Source: the human T2T-CHM13v2.0 reference genome, Homo sapiens
Strand: one strand, 5' to 3'
NCBI RefSeq assembly: GCF_009914755.1
Contig: NC_060928.1
Length of the DNA: 64,000 nucleotides
A program made the translations under genes and the position numbers. Shown here piece by piece: positions 58,260 to 64,000 of the stretch. The notes under the pieces are model-generated. The model ran no database searches, was not told where the DNA came from, and was given only the letters and a program-made list of their open reading frames with translations. Positions within the stretch are counted from its first letter, which is position 1. Each line of letters opens with the position of its first letter.

Positions 58260-60860
58260 TTTGCAGCCAAGAACAGGATTTCCAATCACTGGCTAGCAAT
58301 AAGGACCTCTTCACTGATGGTTAGGGAGAAGATACACAGCCCTTGACACAGATGGTGGTCCAATTGTTCAATGGTTATGATTTGTTGGAAAGGTTCACCA
58401 GCAAAAGGAAATGCACTAGAGAGTGCTTTGTATCGCCTGTCTGAGAAGTATGGAGGAAGTAGTAGCTCTAAGGATAACAATATTGGGTAGCTATCTCCAA
58501 GTGCCATTGATGTCTTAAAGAAAGATAGTGAATAGCTGAGGGCCCCTAACAGACAATTTAAAAGGTCTCTGATAGCCAGAAGTGCTCTTTGTTTACATAC
58601 AAATTAGCTTATCTCCTATAGCCAGGAGGGCAGAGAAAGTTGAGGATAAAGTTAAAGACTTAATAGTCTAAGCAGTGAATTTTAAAGAAAGTTAATGTTC
58701 AATAATGACAGGCCTGTTATACCAAGGTTAGAGTGCTGATGGGGAAAATCCAGGCAACTGACTCTGGGATGGAAACATCTGTACCTATATATTAAGAGTG
58801 TAAAAGTAATTGTGGTTTACTTTTGCATCAACCTAATATATATATAGAGAGATAGATACATAGAGAGGAAGGTCTCTGCAACACCATGGCAAGTAAACAT
58901 GGTGATTTCTCCAGTCTTTCCCTAAAGAGACATATGGTCATGTATTTGGGTAACTATACACTAGGGAAAGGAAATATCCAGACATTTAAAGGACTAGTGA
59001 ACCCGGTGTCTAGGCTGACATTGATATCTAGAGCGCTGAAGTATCATTATTGTTCCCTGTTAGAGTGGAAATATGTTAAGGCCAAGTAATAGAGTCCTGG
59101 TGAACATCATGCTTACACTGCGATCTTTGAGTCTGTATTCACACCCATTTGCCATTTCTGCAGTCTTAGAATTAGAATTGATATATTTGGTAATTAGCAT
59201 AACCCTCACATTGGCTTCTTAGCCTGTGGAGTAAGAGTGGAGAAGGCCAAAGGGAAGCCTCGACAACTACCACCCCTTGCCAAGATAATAGATACAAAAC
59301 ACAGTATTGTTTCCCAAGAGCAGCAGAAATTAGTGTTGCCCTTAAGAATCTGAAGGATACAGCAGTGGTGGTTCCATCTATTTAATTCACTAGTCTGACC
59401 CCTGCAGAAACTGGATAAATCCTGGAGAACAACTAAACTACCATAAGCTTAACCAGCTAGTACCCCTGCTCACAGCCACCATGCCAGACACAGTATCTTT
59501 CCTAGAGAAGATTAATATGATGTCATATTGTATGGTATGTAACCACTGATTTAGCGGATATATATATTTTTTTCTTGAGTCTCAATCAGGATTACCTGGA
59601 ACAGTTTTGCCCCAATATCTCTGTTGGCTTTCCCATTCTCTGTCATTAAATACTGCCAAAGAGATCTAGACCATCTGGACATTCTATAGAACATCACTTA
59701 ATCCACTATATTAATAGCATTATGTTGACACGCTACGTAAGCAAGAATTGGCCAGCATGCTGGAGGTGTTAGTAAAACACGTGTGTTTGGAAGGGTGGAA
59801 GATAAACCCTACAGAGTTTCAGGGGCCTACCACATCTATAAAACATTTAAAGTTTCAGTGATCAGAGCTGTGTTGGGACATTTCCTTAAAAGATAAGTTA
59901 TTGAATCTGGTACCTTCTTCCACAAAACAGGAAGTATATGATCTAGTAGGCTTTGGGTCCTAGAGGCAACACATTCCATATCTAGTGGTGTTTCTCTGAC
60001 TCATATACTGAGTGATGAATGGTTGCCAGCTTTGAATACACCCCAGAGTAAGAAAGGGCTCTGCAACAGGTCCAAGTTGCTAGGTAAGCAGCTCTGCCAC
60101 TGGGGTCACATGAACCGCAGACCCAGTGGGGTGGGGTTATTAGTGGTGAGAAAGGATGCTGTGTGGAGTTTGTAGAAACCTTATGGAAGAAAATCACAAA
60201 GCATGACCCCCGAGGTTCCAGAGCAAGGCCATGCCATCTGCAGCAGAAAATTATGTACCTGGCGTGTCACTTGGGCCCTATAAAGATGGAAAGCTTGACC
60301 ATGGGAAACCAAGTGATCACACATCTGGAATTGCCTCTCATGAGCAGTGAACAGGCAAATGCACAAATTCATAAGATGGGGCATGCCAGCAGCAATCCCT
60401 CACAAGATGGAAATGGAACCTCAGGATTGGGCATGATCAGAACCAGAGCTGCATGCTAACCCAGACTCCCATGGCACCCACCATGGTTGCACCAGTGCCC
60501 CTCTCTCAGATGAAGGAGGTAGAAAAAGGCTGATCTTGGTTTCTGGATGGGTCAGTTCCATGTGTGGAAGCTGAGATAAAGGGCAGCTGACTATAGTATC
60601 ATTTAGAGGTGGCTTCAGCAGGGAGGAAGGAAAATTAGCTTAATGGGCAGAGGCCTCAGTGACAAGGAGGTCTGGGATAGAGGCATGTGGATGGACATAT
60701 GGAAGTACACAAAATGTGTGAAGATTTTTGTATCACAACTTCGTGTCCACCAGAGAGCATCCGCTATGGAAGATAACCAAGTAGACAAAATTACTTGGCC
60801 AGTAGATGTCCGCCAGCCTTTTTCATTGTCTACTTAAGTACTGGTACAATAGGCACAAGT
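58260..60860 (+). mobile_element. Degraded ERVL-class internal region (ERV3-16A3-like gag/pol remnants)
   Basis: Decayed RT motifs (FNS.V.PLQK.D.SWR at ~59380; LIHYINSIML, the YIDD equivalent, at ~59698); RNase H-like DKEVWDRGMWMD...NQVDK in ORF 60643. Confidence 0.8.
58792..58836. mobile_element. Internally deleted MADE1
   Basis: aaaagtaattgtggtttacttttgcatcaacctaa; TA flanks. Confidence 0.7.
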
Positions 60861-60869
60861 ATCAGTATG

Positions 60870-62480
<1,611 letters not shown>

Positions 62481-62533
62481 TGAGGGCACATGGATTTTCA
62501 AAATAATGTGCTGTATTCAGACTCATTGCAATA

Positions 62534-62615
62534 TTAGGTTGGTACAAAAGTAATTGCAGTTTTTGCCACATTACTTCTAATGGCAAGAACTGCAATTACT
62601 TTTATACTGACCTAA
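62534..62615. mobile_element. MADE1 (Hsmar1 MITE), full-length palindrome
   Basis: ttaggttggtacaaaagtaattgcag...ctgcaattacttttatactgacctaa with TA duplication. Confidence 0.92.
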
Positions 62616-62703
62616 TATGATTTTGGGCTCTTAATACACAAAATAAAGCATTTTAAATGGGGAACAGCAGAACACAGTATAGACAAGGCTGGAAAAAAAA
62701 TGA

Positions 62704-63275
<572 letters not shown>

Positions 63276-63549
63276 TGGAAATGATTTTAATAGGACTCCT
63301 CCTAAAACTGAAACCATTTTCCCAGGTACAGTGGGAAGTTTATGGCAAGAGAGTGAGGTTAATGGAAGGTAAAGGAGAGAAAAGGGCAGAATAAGGAGGT
63401 TTTAGGTCATTATCTGTGAACATTTTCTGTTCTTCCTACTAGTTTGTGTGACTTCAGGATACACACACTCAAACACATAAACCCTTTGTACATGCCTCAA
63501 AAAAGGGGCAGATTCTGAGGTCACCTTGGGACCTCAGTTTGTCTGTTGG

Positions 63550-63571
63550 CTTTTCTTTCTTTCTTTCTTTC

Positions 63572-63607
<36 letters not shown>

Positions 63608-63608
63608 T
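63550..63608. repeat. (TTTC)n/(TTTTC)n/poly(T) tract
   Basis: Seen directly. Confidence 0.95.
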
Positions 63609-64000
63609 GTACGTAACTCATAGTTCCAACTGTGTAGCCACCAGAAGATCTCAGATCAACTTTTCTTAAAGTTGTGTAGCAAGGTCCTTCTTTTATGAGC
63701 CCTGAAAAGAAACTGAAATATGACATGATTTTGATGTTAGAAATAAATTATTGAAAACCCAGCATTTCCTAACCAGTTATAACTATGAGATTAAGTGCTG
63801 AAAACACCTAGAGCTTTCTCCAGACAAGAAAGACAATATGATACATTCACCATCCAATTCACTTTCCCCCTGTTTCTACATTTGTTCATCATCAATATTT
63901 CTCTCTCAACAAGTCAAGGTGGCATCAACAACACAAATGTCTGTCTTTGGCTGCTTTGGGAACCGTCATGTACATCACTACTGGCATTCCATCTGAGGAG

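Noticed and set aside
57788-58324. 178-aa ORF
   Set aside because: Non-ATG start; spans an L1ME tail and the LTR16; no protein-like motif

Overview
Primate, most likely human, intergenic and repeat-rich DNA. It holds Alu J/S/Y, L1PA/PB/M, L2, MIR, MaLR/ERVL LTRs and hAT/Tc1-mariner MITEs. I see no intact host protein-coding gene; almost all track ORFs are repeat-derived or chance. Main identifiable features: (1) a 5'-truncated, minus-strand processed pseudogene of RNF185 (~15465-18380) with poly(A), ATTAAA and a target-site duplication (TSD). It was copied from an alternatively spliced mRNA carrying a 167-nt exon extension with a premature stop, and keeps an intact 58-codon C-terminal transmembrane ORF. 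(2) A full-length but dead L1PA2-type element (50155-56184, 15-bp TSD) inside an MLT2D LTR. (3) A 7SL RNA retrocopy. (4) A degraded LTR16/ERVL provirus. Repeat annotation alone does not explain several template-switch-like scars: a young three-copy inverted/direct duplication bracketing the retrocopy (13.7-18.7 kb), an old inverted duplication plus inversion (34.5-35.4 kb), a MER53 split by ~1.1 kb of captured DNA, a trimeric Alu and several perfect hairpins. Subfamily calls come from remembered consensus sequences, and old-repeat boundaries are approximate.
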